Below, one piece after another: positions 44,002-53,482 of a DNA stretch of 64,000 nucleotides. The stretch covers positions 161,722-225,721 of the forward strand of contig DFRJ01000001.1 of assembly GCA_002378195.1 (NCBI GenBank), read 5' to 3'. The notes under the pieces were generated by a model, which had not been told where the DNA came from, ran no database searches, and saw only the letters and a list, made by a program, of their open reading frames with translations. This DNA comes from Patescibacteria group bacterium UBA3466 (GTDB lineage Bacteria > Patescibacteriota > Minisyncoccia > Phycocordibacterales > UBA918). A program made the translations under genes and the position numbers. The stretch's first letter is position 1. Each line of letters begins with the position of its first letter.

Positions 44002-44514
44002 ATGACGAAATCACCTAAAAAAATTCTAATTCAAGGTGTAAGTGCATCGGGAAAGACTACTTTTGGTGAAAAGCTCGCGCATAAACTTCAAAGACCGGTA
44101 ATTATGGTTGATGAAATTATGTGGAAACCAAACTGGGTTTATGTTGGTGATGAAGAGACTGCTAAAAAATTAAAAAAAGTAACTAGTAAAGAAGCTTGGA
44201 TTATCGAGGGGTATATTGTTGGATTGGTTCGGCAAGATGTTTTTGATCAAGCAGATTTAATATTGTACTTGGACTACTCGGGGTGGTTTTCTGCCTATCG
44301 ATATATGCTTAGGTTTATTAAGCACCGTAATGATCCGCGACCAGAAATTCTGGGTTGCCCAGAAAAGTTTAGCCTCGAGTTTTTATGGCGGGTATTTAAG
44401 AAAAAAGAAGTTTACAAAGTTGAAAAGTTAATTAGGGAGAATAATTATGAAAGTAAGGTGGTGCGATTTAAAAAACCGTCAGAAGCTAAGAAGTATTTAG
44501 ATAATCTAGTATGA
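44002..44514 (+). CDS. P-loop kinase-like protein (adenylate-kinase/topology-modulation FlaR-like)
   Basis: Walker A motif GVSASGKTT; 170 aa. Confidence 0.5.
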   Translation: MTKSPKKILIQGVSASGKTTFGEKLAHKLQRPVIMVDEIMWKPNWVYVGDEETAKKLKKVTSKEAWIIEGYIVGLVRQDVFDQADLILYLDYSGWFSAYRYMLRFIKHRNDPRPEILGCPEKFSLEFLWRVFKKKEVYKVEKLIRENNYESKVVRFKKPSEAKKYLDNLV

Positions 44515-45041
44515 AAAAGTTATTGGTCTTGCCAGGGAATAGTTTACGAAACAAAGAGTGGGGAGAGGGGTGTGCCTTGGCCTACGTTGATTTATTTGAT
44601 GAGGTGGTGATGCAATACTATGACCACTGGGATAATGAAGAGAATTTTATTAGCCTTGATAAAGAATTGGAAAAAATTAAGAGGACTATCGGAAATAGCG
44701 AAGATGATACCTGGCACGTCTTTGCCAAATCAATTGGCTCTTTAGTAACTTTAAAAGCTGTCCATGATGGTATTGTTACCCCCAAGCAGACTGTCTTTTT
44801 TGGTATGCCGTTAGATTTTGCGGAGGAATTTTACGCTGGTGATTGGGATCCTCTGAGTGACTATAAAGTTAGAACTTTAGCGTTTCATAATGATAGTGAT
44901 CCAACCGCTAATTATGAATTTACTAAAGATAAGCTTGAGATCTTGGCACCTTCAATTGAATTATTTACCCTAAGAGGAGATAATCATGACTACTTAGATT
45001 TCTCTGACTATAAAGAGAAAATTAAAGAATTTTTATCATGA
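44511..45041 (+). CDS. Alpha/beta-hydrolase-fold serine hydrolase (putative esterase)
   Basis: GxSxG nucleophile elbow AKSIGS; later conserved Asp/His candidates; 176 aa. Confidence 0.5.
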   Translation: MKKLLVLPGNSLRNKEWGEGCALAYVDLFDEVVMQYYDHWDNEENFISLDKELEKIKRTIGNSEDDTWHVFAKSIGSLVTLKAVHDGIVTPKQTVFFGMPLDFAEEFYAGDWDPLSDYKVRTLAFHNDSDPTANYEFTKDKLEILAPSIELFTLRGDNHDYLDFSDYKEKIKEFLS

Positions 45042-45886
45042 ATACGAAATACATCGATACGCATGCTCACCTAAACTTATCTGCTTTTAAGGAGGATGTT
45101 GAGGCTGTATCGCAGGCTTGTGCGGAGGCTTCGGTATCGGTAATTAATGTGGGCACCAAAGAGAGTACCAGTAAGCGGGGGGTGGAACTCTCGGAGCAAT
45201 ATGATTCTCAGTACGCCATTGTGGGTTTGCACCCGATCCAAACTGTACCGGGGATGCATGATGAGGAAGAGTTGGGTGGCGGCGAACCTTTTAAGAGTAA
45301 GGGTGAAGAATTTAACAAAGACTTTTACCGCGAACTGGCTAAGTCTAAAAAAGTGATCGGTATTGGTGAGTGTGGGTTTGATTATTATCACACACCAGAA
45401 GACAGCTACGCTATCCAAGAGAAAGCGTTTATTGAGCAAATTGCACTAGCGAATGAATTAGAGTTGCCGCTGATGATTCATACACGCGGGCCAAAGCCGG
45501 GGAATGAGAGTCCGACTGGACGCAGTGTTTACACCGATGTCTACGAGACTTTAAAGCAGTACACCAAAGTGCCTTTTAACGTGCATTTTTATGCGGGTAC
45601 TATCGCTGAAGCTGAAAAATTCTTCGAGCTAGGGGGCACTATTTCCTTCACTGGAGTGATTACTTTTGCGAAAGACTACGAAGAAGTGGTGAAGTGGGCA
45701 CCGCTCGATAGCATCCACGCGGAAACCGACTCTCCTTATGTGTCGCCAGTGCCACATCGCGGCAAGCGTTGTGAGCCACACTACGTGATTGAGGTATACA
45801 AAAAAATAGCCGAATTGAAGGGGGTGGATGAGGAAGAGGTTAGAACACAGCTGATAAAAAACGCTCAGAGTTTTTACAGTTTGTAA
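45038..45886 (+). CDS. tatD: TatD-family metal-dependent hydrolase/DNase
   Basis: YIDTHAHLN N-terminal motif, IGECGFDYYH and LPLMIHTR blocks. Confidence 0.85.
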   Translation: MNTKYIDTHAHLNLSAFKEDVEAVSQACAEASVSVINVGTKESTSKRGVELSEQYDSQYAIVGLHPIQTVPGMHDEEELGGGEPFKSKGEEFNKDFYRELAKSKKVIGIGECGFDYYHTPEDSYAIQEKAFIEQIALANELELPLMIHTRGPKPGNESPTGRSVYTDVYETLKQYTKVPFNVHFYAGTIAEAEKFFELGGTISFTGVITFAKDYEEVVKWAPLDSIHAETDSPYVSPVPHRGKRCEPHYVIEVYKKIAELKGVDEEEVRTQLIKNAQSFYSL

Positions 45887-46971
45887 TAACCAATCCCGCC
45901 ACCCTGGGAGACGTTAACAATTGGGTTTTCTGAAAATCGCATCAGAGTATGACCTGAACCAATCACCTCTCCTGATTTAATGAAGAAATGTGGGCAAAGA
46001 TCATAGTATAGAACTTTATCAATAACGGTTCCTTCATCGTATAAGCTAACTTTCATCTGGGGGATATGAGCTAACTCTTGGACGATGTAATTTGTATTAG
46101 AAAGCTTGCTAATCAGTTTTGACCATTCTACTTGGTTAAGCTTATGGCCAAAGTAAATATTAAAGCCTTCGCAACCATCAATTGGTTTAAGTACAAGGTC
46201 ATCTTTGTGCTGGTTACAATAGTCAATGATATCAGTGGTGACTTTCGTAGTTTTAAGAACGTATGGATGGTCTATTTCCTGCAATAGATCCTTGTAACCG
46301 AGGGTTCTTAATGCCATTGTATTTATTGGCTTCAGTCGTTTGGTTCTAAAATGATCAAACATATCTGAAGTCATTTTGGAGGTTTCAAGGCAGCGTCGTA
46401 CAACAGACCCCTCGGTTGCCTCACTCAGGTCAGTTATTCTTTTGCCGTTATTTCCGAGAGATTTGAGATTTTGTGATTCAACTGCATACGCATCCAGAAA
46501 GAAAGCGTCGTCACTATGTAGAACTACAGTTTCTTCGTCCCCGAACAGTTTGTTTAGGTTAAATTTATGTTCGTTTGTTGAGCGATCAGCTAAAGCCGAG
46601 TAAGTTTTGTCATGCAGCAGTAGACCGTCAGGATAGTCGCAGTTAATCTCTAAAATAGATACTCTTGAAGTATTTGGGTTCCAAAGACAATCAAATCTAA
46701 CAACCCCCGTGTAATCGTCATTAATGAGAGGGATAAGATCATTATCTCCCGCGTCTTCTGCACGTTTGTTAGCAGTTGCTTTTATTTCATCATTTTGTAG
46801 AAGTTGATCTAGGACAACTCTAAGTTGATCCTGCAATTCTTTATGATCAAGGTCTGGGATTTCAATAAGATCCCTAGCGATTGGTAACCGGATATCTCCA
46901 TTTGAAATCGGGTAAGCATGCTTAAGGTTATTCCAAAAATTTTGATAAGCAATTTCTTTATCAGTTTTCAT
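45874..46971 (-). CDS. ATP-grasp family ligase (RimK/glutathionylspermidine-synthase-like)
   Basis: SILEINCDYPDG and C-terminal NVSQGGG blocks typical of ATP-grasp enzymes. Confidence 0.4.
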   Translation of the reverse strand: MKTDKEIAYQNFWNNLKHAYPISNGDIRLPIARDLIEIPDLDHKELQDQLRVVLDQLLQNDEIKATANKRAEDAGDNDLIPLINDDYTGVVRFDCLWNPNTSRVSILEINCDYPDGLLLHDKTYSALADRSTNEHKFNLNKLFGDEETVVLHSDDAFFLDAYAVESQNLKSLGNNGKRITDLSEATEGSVVRRCLETSKMTSDMFDHFRTKRLKPINTMALRTLGYKDLLQEIDHPYVLKTTKVTTDIIDYCNQHKDDLVLKPIDGCEGFNIYFGHKLNQVEWSKLISKLSNTNYIVQELAHIPQMKVSLYDEGTVIDKVLYYDLCPHFFIKSGEVIGSGHTLMRFSENPIVNVSQGGGIGYYKL

Positions 46972-47891
46972 TAGTCAAAGAAATTAAGTCGGTAGCTATC
47001 AATTTCGCGTTGTTCCATGGTGTAGAAGGTGTCGCTCGAGCGGTGAATGTGTCGAGCTAGGTCGGTGCCTACAAAGCGCCAGTGCCATGGCTCGTAAATA
47101 TAAAATTCATTGTCAGGGGGGTAGGAGAGTATGAAGCCGTACTTGTAGGCGTTGCCTTCGAGCCATTTGAATTCTTCAGTTTGGTCGAAAGGTTGTTCCA
47201 GCTGGTAGCCGATGGCGGCTGTAGAAAAGTCGACGGCAGTACCGAGCTGGTGTTCAGAATAACCTTGGTCGGCTGAGAAGGCGTTGGCTCCGGTACCATA
47301 AATTTGCGTGAAATTACCTTTGATCTCACCTTGTTCATCGAAAGAGCGATAGGCGGATACAATCGAGAGAGCTACTCCATCATCTTCTGCTTCGTCCATC
47401 AGATCGTCTAGATGTTTGTAGGCGCGGTAGTGAAAATACTCGTCACCGCGGTCGGGAGCAACCCAGTCCTCTTTGAGTTGGCGTAGTCGCTCTGGCGTGT
47501 AGTTTTCGTTAAGGAAAGATACCTTTGAATACTTCATGAGAAGCTCTTCGTCGATGCTGGCTAGTTTGTCTAGATCACCGAGGGTGCCAGACAGGGCTCT
47601 GATTTGGTCTTCGAAGTCTTCATTGCGATTGCGCTCGTCTTGGTAGTTGTCAGCTAGCTCTTCTAAACTTTCCTTAAGGTCTTCGAGTTCGGATTTAAGG
47701 GTGTTGTTTTCGTTGGTGAGAGTGGTGGTGGTTTTGTTAAGTTCAGTGGTGAGAGATGAATTCTTTTGTTCCAAGCTAGAGATATTCGCGCTTTTCTCTT
47801 GACCTTCCACATACAGGTAGCTAGCGCTAGCGATACCAATGACGGCTAGGCCTCCGATGACATATAAAGTAGTGTCGTGCGGCAATTTCAT
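46971..47891 (-). CDS. Membrane-anchored D-alanyl-D-alanine carboxypeptidase (peptidase M15B/VanY-like) with coiled-coil linker
   Basis: N-terminal TM, S/T/N/E-rich heptad linker, then SEHQLGTAVDF...YGFILSYP...EPWHWRFVG zinc-binding M15 motifs. Confidence 0.75.
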   Translation of the reverse strand: MKLPHDTTLYVIGGLAVIGIASASYLYVEGQEKSANISSLEQKNSSLTTELNKTTTTLTNENNTLKSELEDLKESLEELADNYQDERNRNEDFEDQIRALSGTLGDLDKLASIDEELLMKYSKVSFLNENYTPERLRQLKEDWVAPDRGDEYFHYRAYKHLDDLMDEAEDDGVALSIVSAYRSFDEQGEIKGNFTQIYGTGANAFSADQGYSEHQLGTAVDFSTAAIGYQLEQPFDQTEEFKWLEGNAYKYGFILSYPPDNEFYIYEPWHWRFVGTDLARHIHRSSDTFYTMEQREIDSYRLNFFD

Positions 47892-47974
47892 GTGCCTATT
47901 CTAACACGCGCTTTAGCCTTGAAGCTAAGGAGTATGTATGGTACTGTTCTGCCGTTATTAATTAAGACACACAC

Positions 47975-48481
47975 ATGTCTGATAAAGAAATGCCAGCAGT
48001 CGAAGCCGGTTCATACGAACTAGCTTTCCACGTACTTCCAACGATTGCTGAAGGGGAAGTGGCTCAAGTAGCACAAGATCTTAAAGATCTAATTACTAAG
48101 CATGGAGGTGAAATTACTTCTGAAGAAGCGCCAGCACGATTCGATCTCGCATACGAAATCGAAAAGTATCTAGAAGGACGAAATCGAAAGTTCTCTAGCG
48201 CGTACTTTGGATGGGTAAGATTTAGCATTGCACCGACTGAAGTCGATGAAATCAACGCTACAGTTGAAGCCAATGCTTCAGTATTGCGACACCTACTTAT
48301 CAAGTTGACTAAGGTAGAAGAAGCGAATCCTTTCTTCTTCCACGAAGCACTTGAAACTGATAGTAAGAGTGAAACAGTAGAGATTGGTGAAGAGACTGCA
48401 GTTGAAGCTAAAGAAGAAGATGCTAAGGAGGATGAAACTGAAGAAAAAGAAGAGGTAGCAGCTGAAGAAACTAAGGAATAA
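47975..48481 (+). CDS. rpsF: Ribosomal protein S6 with acidic C-terminal tail
   Basis: YELAFHVLP...RFDLAYEI pattern of S6; last ~45 aa E/K/A-rich. Confidence 0.8.
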   Translation: MSDKEMPAVEAGSYELAFHVLPTIAEGEVAQVAQDLKDLITKHGGEITSEEAPARFDLAYEIEKYLEGRNRKFSSAYFGWVRFSIAPTEVDEINATVEANASVLRHLLIKLTKVEEANPFFFHEALETDSKSETVEIGEETAVEAKEEDAKEDETEEKEEVAAEETKE

Positions 48482-48488
48482 TTGTCGT

Positions 48489-48686
48489 ATGGAAAAAGAA
48501 ACAGTAAATCCACCAGCTAACCACATCGACTACAAGGATATCAATCGATTGCGGAGTAACGTAAACCCGCACTCACGTATGATGAGTCGACGTCGAACTG
48601 GTATGACTGCCAAGGGACAGCGAAATTTTGCGCGAGCTACTAAGCGAGCACGGTTCCTCGCTCTACTCCCATACATCCAGCATTAA
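48489..48686 (+). CDS. rpsR: Ribosomal protein S18
   Basis: IDYKDINRLRSNVNPHSRMMSRRRTGMTAKGQRNFARATKRARFLALLPY is canonical S18. Confidence 0.9.
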   Translation: MEKETVNPPANHIDYKDINRLRSNVNPHSRMMSRRRTGMTAKGQRNFARATKRARFLALLPYIQH

Positions 48687-48716
48687 TTTCTACAAAAATA
48701 AAGTATCTGCACCAGC

Positions 48717-48795
48717 TTCCTGATTTTATCTCAGTCGCTGTATATAAAAATACAGCTTCCTCATAAAATCAGTCCAGCTGGCACACCTACAGTTA
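48717..48795 (+). other. Long imperfect stem-loop in the rpsR-ssb intergenic region
   Basis: ccagcttcctgattttat...ataaaatcagtccagctgg inverted repeat with an inner ctgtatataaaaatacag hairpin. Confidence 0.4.
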
Positions 48796-48931
48796 TTTTT
48801 GAGAGAAATTAACAACTCACTCAAACTTGAGTAATGAAACCACCCCTTCCAGGGTGGTTTTGTGTAATGTGGCGGGGTATTAGCAGACAGGTTATAATAG
48901 CTCCATATTCAAATAAAGAGGAATCTATTAT

Positions 48932-49375
48932 ATGTATCTAAACAAAGCAATGATCTACGGAAACCTAACTAGGGATCCAGAACTGAAAGCTCTGCCAAGC
49001 GGAATGAACGTTTGCTCAATGTCTATTGCAACCAATCGCGTATATAAAGACCGGGATGGTAACAGACAAGAAAATGTTGATTATCACAACATTGTTGTGT
49101 TCGGTAATCAGGCGGAAAATAGCGCCAAGTATCTCTCGAAAGGTAACGGAGTGTACGTAGAAGGGAGACTCCAGACTCGAAGTTGGGAAAAGGATGGGCA
49201 AAAGCAGTACCGAACCGAGATCGTGGCCGATCGTGTACAATTTGGTCCAAAGGGCGGAAGTGGGAGCTCAGCTCCAGCCAGCGGGGGAGACTCAGCTCCG
49301 AAGGATGATGGTAAGGCGCCAGCGGTACCAGACTACCCAGAAGAGGAAATCAATCCAGAAGACATCCCATTTTAG
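48932..49375 (+). CDS. ssb: Single-stranded DNA-binding protein
   Basis: OB-fold N-terminus MYLNKAMIYGNLTRDPELK, Gly-rich linker and C-terminal acidic tip EDIPF. Confidence 0.9.
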   Translation: MYLNKAMIYGNLTRDPELKALPSGMNVCSMSIATNRVYKDRDGNRQENVDYHNIVVFGNQAENSAKYLSKGNGVYVEGRLQTRSWEKDGQKQYRTEIVADRVQFGPKGGSGSSAPASGGDSAPKDDGKAPAVPDYPEEEINPEDIPF

Positions 49376-49496
49376 TCAAAAGATATAATTCATCTACTTT
49401 GTCGCAACTTCGTTTTTATCAGTCACGGTAGCAGCCTACCGTTTCCTCTAGAAACTTGTTGCTCCTCGTATCTGGATCATCCTTTTGGCTAAAAAT

Positions 49497-49526
49497 AAAA
49501 GCCGGAAGCTTTGCTTCCGGCTTTTT
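49497..49526. terminator. Bidirectional terminator between ssb and efp
   Basis: aaaagccggaagc-tttg-cttccggcttttt. Confidence 0.8.
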
Positions 49527-49527
49527 C

Positions 49528-50103
49528 TTAGGCTTTATCTACTCTCGCAGTGTATTCACCACTATCAGTATTTACTGCCACCACATCACCCTCGTTGATG
49601 AATTGGGGAACTTGCAGTGAGAAGCCGGTTTCGAGAATGGCTTCTTTGGTTGCTCCGCTTGAGGTATTACCTTTGACCGCATCAGGAGCCTCTTTTACTT
49701 TAAGCTCTACCTTAATCGGAATATTCACACTCATTATCTCCTCATCAAATACAATCGCTTCTACTTCAGAGTTTTCTGTCACAAAGCTTTTAAGTTCTCC
49801 AACTACTTCTGCGCTTAGGTTAAATCTATCCTTTGGATTATCTGGGGCGCAGAACCAATATTCACCACGGTTCTCGTATAGGTACTTGACTTGTTGCTTT
49901 GAGATATCCGCTTCTTGCAGGACATCAGATTGATGGAATGTTTTCTCGATAACATTTCCAGTCCGAAGATTTTTCATCCGAACGTTGTTGCTGGCCTTTT
50001 GCCGGTCTTTCTTTGAGATGTTTGAAGAAAGTATCAAGTATGGATCATTATCCATGGTGACGGTTCGCTTCGGTAAGATTTGATTGTATTCTACTTTTGC
50101 CAT
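49528..50103 (-). CDS. efp: Elongation factor P
   Basis: MAKVEYNQILPKRTV...KTFHQSDVLQEADI matches EF-P; start set at the internal Met. The listed ORF extends to 50166. Confidence 0.85.
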   Translation of the reverse strand: MAKVEYNQILPKRTVTMDNDPYLILSSNISKKDRQKASNNVRMKNLRTGNVIEKTFHQSDVLQEADISKQQVKYLYENRGEYWFCAPDNPKDRFNLSAEVVGELKSFVTENSEVEAIVFDEEIMSVNIPIKVELKVKEAPDAVKGNTSSGATKEAILETGFSLQVPQFINEGDVVAVNTDSGEYTARVDKA

Positions 50104-50195
50104 ATTTCTATTTAAATTTTGTGCACATTTTATAGCAGGAAAGGGAGATTGCGCAACTTCTCTCAAGTTTTTGTAGTGATACTATGTGAAGACAT

Positions 50196-50786
50196 ATGTT
50201 GGGTTTCAATGAGCAACCAGATGAAGAATTGGAAGACGAAGTGGTCCTCCGTCGCTCGCAATCATCACCGTGGATGTTTGCTATTTTGGTGGGTCGTTAC
50301 GAAGAACCTTTCTTACGTAAGGCCAAGACAATTGTTCGTAACCCACTCGATGCTGAAGAGGTAGTGCAGGATGCTTTCACTAAGATCTATGTTAATGCTG
50401 ATAAATACTCCCCGCAAGACGGCGCTAAGTTTTCGTCTTGGGCGTATCGTATTCTCATGAATACAGCCTTTACGCGCTATCAAAAGCTCGTGAAGAATAG
50501 CGAGCGGTTTGCCGCAATGGATCCAGAATACGAACAACATTACGGCGAGTGGGCGTTGCATTCCGGCTTTAACCACAAGCAAGACGCGATTGAGCGAGTG
50601 CTAGAGAAACTCCCAGGACATTTTGCTGTGGTACTACGTTGGCATTACCTTGAACGCTGGTCCCACCAAGATATTGCGAATGAAACAGGGGAGAATGTCG
50701 GCACTATCAAAGCTCGTATCCACCGCGCTAAAGCCGCCTTTCGTAAAAAGGCAGATGGAAAGGAGTCAGAGTTATTGGCTGATTAG
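50196..50786 (+). CDS. ECF-type RNA polymerase sigma factor
   Basis: Region 2 (VQDAFTKIYVNADKYSP...FSSWAYRILMN) and region 4 HTH (LRWHYLERWSHQDIANETGENVGTIKARIHRAKAAF). Confidence 0.8.
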   Translation: MLGFNEQPDEELEDEVVLRRSQSSPWMFAILVGRYEEPFLRKAKTIVRNPLDAEEVVQDAFTKIYVNADKYSPQDGAKFSSWAYRILMNTAFTRYQKLVKNSERFAAMDPEYEQHYGEWALHSGFNHKQDAIERVLEKLPGHFAVVLRWHYLERWSHQDIANETGENVGTIKARIHRAKAAFRKKADGKESELLAD

Positions 50787-50845
50787 GTTGACATATCTTA
50801 TTTACAACGTATAGTAATTTTGAATCAGTTTCTTTTGGAGGTCAC

Positions 50846-51310
50846 ATGTTCGGTGGTTTTTCTTGGCAAGTACAAGCATTATTTGGAATGTGTGTAATGG
50901 CAACGTACTCGTTGTTTGTTCCATTCATGTTTAAAAACTTCGGGATTAAACCCGCTGAGACAGCGTCGCTCTGGCTTATTGGTACCACTATTGGCGTCAC
51001 GAGTATATCGTTCCTGTCTTCTGGGGGGATTAAGTTTGGTGGAAGCTACAGCATTGCACTGGTTGTAGTGTTGATCGGTCTAGTGTTTGGGGCATTAATG
51101 AATGTTGCGATTGCTCAGTCATTTACCAAAGCTCCAAACCCGGCATATACCAACATGATCATCAATATGGTTACTGTAACGGTGTTTGCCTTAGGTTTTG
51201 CCATGTTTAAGTTGTTTCCATCTTACTTTCCGGAGGTTCATATTAACTGGCGGGGGATTTTGGCTATTCTGCTTGGTTTTGCGAGTGTTTATCTTGCTTC
51301 GACCAGTTAA
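50846..51310 (+). CDS. Hypothetical 4-TM membrane protein
   Basis: 154 aa, four hydrophobic helices; downstream of the ECF sigma gene (position of an anti-sigma factor, unproven). Confidence 0.4.
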   Translation: MFGGFSWQVQALFGMCVMATYSLFVPFMFKNFGIKPAETASLWLIGTTIGVTSISFLSSGGIKFGGSYSIALVVVLIGLVFGALMNVAIAQSFTKAPNPAYTNMIINMVTVTVFALGFAMFKLFPSYFPEVHINWRGILAILLGFASVYLASTS

Positions 51311-51386
51311 TAATTGGCATTTCAGGCCCGCAATAGTAATGTTGTGGGCCTGTAACTTTTTTGTTACTAGTTAGTTATATAAGAGT

Positions 51387-51728
51387 ATGGAATCACAAAG
51401 TTTACAATCAGCCATTATGCGACGAGTGTATTATAGCTACGCGATCAGCTTGTTCACTCACGCTATGTTTTGGCAAGGTTTATTTTTGAGTGTCGCGACT
51501 CTCATGTTGGCTAAGTGGCTCCATGTTGCGAGCATAGTAAATAACTTTTTATCTGTACCGGTTGGTCAAACGCCACAATATGTCTACAACTCCTTTGTGG
51601 AAGCGATCAACCACGGGGAAATTATCACCGCCCTGACGTTAGTGCTAGCGAGCGGCGTAGCTGTCCAAGCTGGCTACCAGCTCATGCAATTCATGGCTTC
51701 ACGGTCAACAGTGTTGTCGCGAGTTTAA
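51387..51728 (+). CDS. Hypothetical 3-TM membrane protein
   Basis: 113 aa, three hydrophobic helices. Confidence 0.4.
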   Translation: MESQSLQSAIMRRVYYSYAISLFTHAMFWQGLFLSVATLMLAKWLHVASIVNNFLSVPVGQTPQYVYNSFVEAINHGEIITALTLVLASGVAVQAGYQLMQFMASRSTVLSRV

Positions 51729-51736
51729 TAGTAAAT

Positions 51737-51774
51737 AAAAAAGGCCGGCGCCGAAGGCGCCGGCCTTTTGTTTA
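51737..51774 (+). terminator. Rho-independent terminator (GC-clamp family variant: aaaaaaggccggcgcc-gaa-ggcgccggccttttg)
   Basis: Perfect GC stem plus T-run. Confidence 0.8.
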
Positions 51775-51809
51775 TGATTCGTGCCATCTCTACGGACGAG
51801 GATGGCTAG

Positions 51810-51840
51810 CGGATCGGCTCCAAGAATATATTGGCTTTGC
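51810..51840. repeat. 31-bp direct repeat copy 1 (cggatcggctccaagaatatattggctttgc)
   Basis: Identical to 51939-51969; ~130 nt apart, immediately downstream of the recA stop. Confidence 0.8.
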
Positions 51841-51938
51841 TTAGTACCAGCTGATTTTGCGTATTGAATTTCAGTAGTACGTTAAGTGATTGGACAGACT
51901 CGGTGATCCTAGTCCTTTCTAGGAAAGGAAAGGACTGA

Positions 51939-51969
51939 CGGATCGGCTCCAAGAATATATTGGCTTTGC
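51939..51969. repeat. 31-bp direct repeat copy 2
   Basis: Identical to 51810-51840; ends 3 nt before the recA stop codon. Confidence 0.8.
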
Positions 51970-51972
51970 CAA

Positions 51973-53049
51973 TTATTCTTGGGCCTCCTCTTTCATCGCT
52001 TTTCTAATATTCTTCAAAAGTTCGTTCTTGAGTTTCTTTTCAGACTTAAGGGTCTTTCTAGCTGCGTCGTAACCACGACCAAGTTTCACAATAGTGGATT
52101 CGTCGCCTCCTGGGGGAGTGTATGAATACGAGGCGCCAGACTTAGCGACCATTTTGTATTTTTCTCCCAAGGCTAGTAGTTCGCCCTCACTGGAGATCCC
52201 TTCGCCGTATATCAGGTCGAACTCGGTGGTTCTAAATGGCGCTGCGACCTTGTTTTTAACCACTTTCACGCGGTGTCGACCACCAACTACTTCGTCACCC
52301 TTTTTAATTTGAGCGATACGGCGAATATCCAGTCGGACAGAAGTATAGAATTTTAGTGCTTTACCACCCGGGGTAGTTTCTGGATTACCAAACATCACCC
52401 CGACTTGCATGCGGATTTGGTTGATAAAAATAACCACAGTCTTACTCTTGGCCACAATACCAGTGAGTTTCCGCAGTGCCTGACTCATCAAACGAGCCTG
52501 CTTGCCGACGTGGTGCGCGCCCATTTCGCCTTCAATCTCATCACGGGGGGTGAGGGCAGCGACCGAGTCAACTACAATCACATCTAGCTTACCTGAGCGT
52601 ACTAGAGACTCAACAATTTCTAAGGCTTGCTCACCGTTGTCGGGCTGCGACACCAACAGTTCGTCTAGTTTGACGCCCAAGTTCTTCGCGTACTCAGGGT
52701 CCATGGCATGCTCAGCGTCAATAAAGGCACAGATGCCGCCCATTTTTTGCGCTTCAGCTACAGCGTGAAGGGAAAGGGTGGTCTTACCAGAAGATTCTGG
52801 TCCGTAGATTTCAATGATTCGCCCGCGGGGAAGACCGCCGATTCCAAGTGCGTCATCAAGACCGATTGATCCAGTTGGGATAGATTCGATATCAACCTTC
52901 TTGGTTTCGTCCAGGGTCATTATCGCTTCGTCACCAAACTTGGTTTTGATGCTACGCAGAGTTTCGGTAATTTGACTCGCGTCACCAGTAGTTTCTTCAG
53001 CCGCCGCTTCTTTTTTAGTTTTAGTTGTCTTCTTTGCTTTTCCCGCCAT
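51973..53049 (-). CDS. recA: Recombinase RecA
   Basis: [20 protein letters not shown] Walker A and the canonical RecA core; K/E-rich C-terminus. Confidence 0.95.
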   Translation of the reverse strand: MAGKAKKTTKTKKEAAAEETTGDASQITETLRSIKTKFGDEAIMTLDETKKVDIESIPTGSIGLDDALGIGGLPRGRIIEIYGPESSGKTTLSLHAVAEAQKMGGICAFIDAEHAMDPEYAKNLGVKLDELLVSQPDNGEQALEIVESLVRSGKLDVIVVDSVAALTPRDEIEGEMGAHHVGKQARLMSQALRKLTGIVAKSKTVVIFINQIRMQVGVMFGNPETTPGGKALKFYTSVRLDIRRIAQIKKGDEVVGGRHRVKVVKNKVAAPFRTTEFDLIYGEGISSEGELLALGEKYKMVAKSGASYSYTPPGGDESTIVKLGRGYDAARKTLKSEKKLKNELLKNIRKAMKEEAQE

Positions 53050-53110
53050 ATATAATGTGTGTTTTTTATTAATTTATGTAATTTTAACATTTTCTAGCTT
53101 CAAACAGTCT

Positions 53111-53479
53111 TTACTGAATGAAAGAAGAGGGGTTATACATATATTGTCTAGTTACTAATGTTTTGCGTCCGTAGCGGTCCTCGGCCTTCAGGGCTACAGT
53201 GGTGTAGCCATTTTCTAGAATTAGTGTTTCATGAAATCGCCCTTGAGCATCGGTAAATATCTGTCGATCGTTGACCCAAAGACGAGAGATGTTGTAGGCG
53301 TCTCCAGATAAAACGATGGCGCGGCTATTTTGACGCAAGGATGGCTCGTCCACCAATCTGATTTGCGGCCCGATGATAAAGTAGCGTGATTGGAATACTA
53401 TATAGGTAACCATTAACATAAAGCCAATGGAAATTAGGGACATCTTTACAACAGTTCTGAACGGAATTGATGTCTCCAT
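53111..53479 (-). CDS. Hypothetical membrane-anchored small protein
   Basis: 122 aa with one TM helix (ISIGFMLMVTYIVF); located between recA and ftsK. Confidence 0.4.
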   Translation of the reverse strand: METSIPFRTVVKMSLISIGFMLMVTYIVFQSRYFIIGPQIRLVDEPSLRQNSRAIVLSGDAYNISRLWVNDRQIFTDAQGRFHETLILENGYTTVALKAEDRYGRKTLVTRQYMYNPSSFIQ

Positions 53480-53482
53480 AGG

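Noticed and set aside
51810-51969. Possible CRISPR array (identical 31-bp repeats)
   Set aside because: There are only two copies, the spacer is ~100 nt with its own hairpin, and there are no cas genes nearby.
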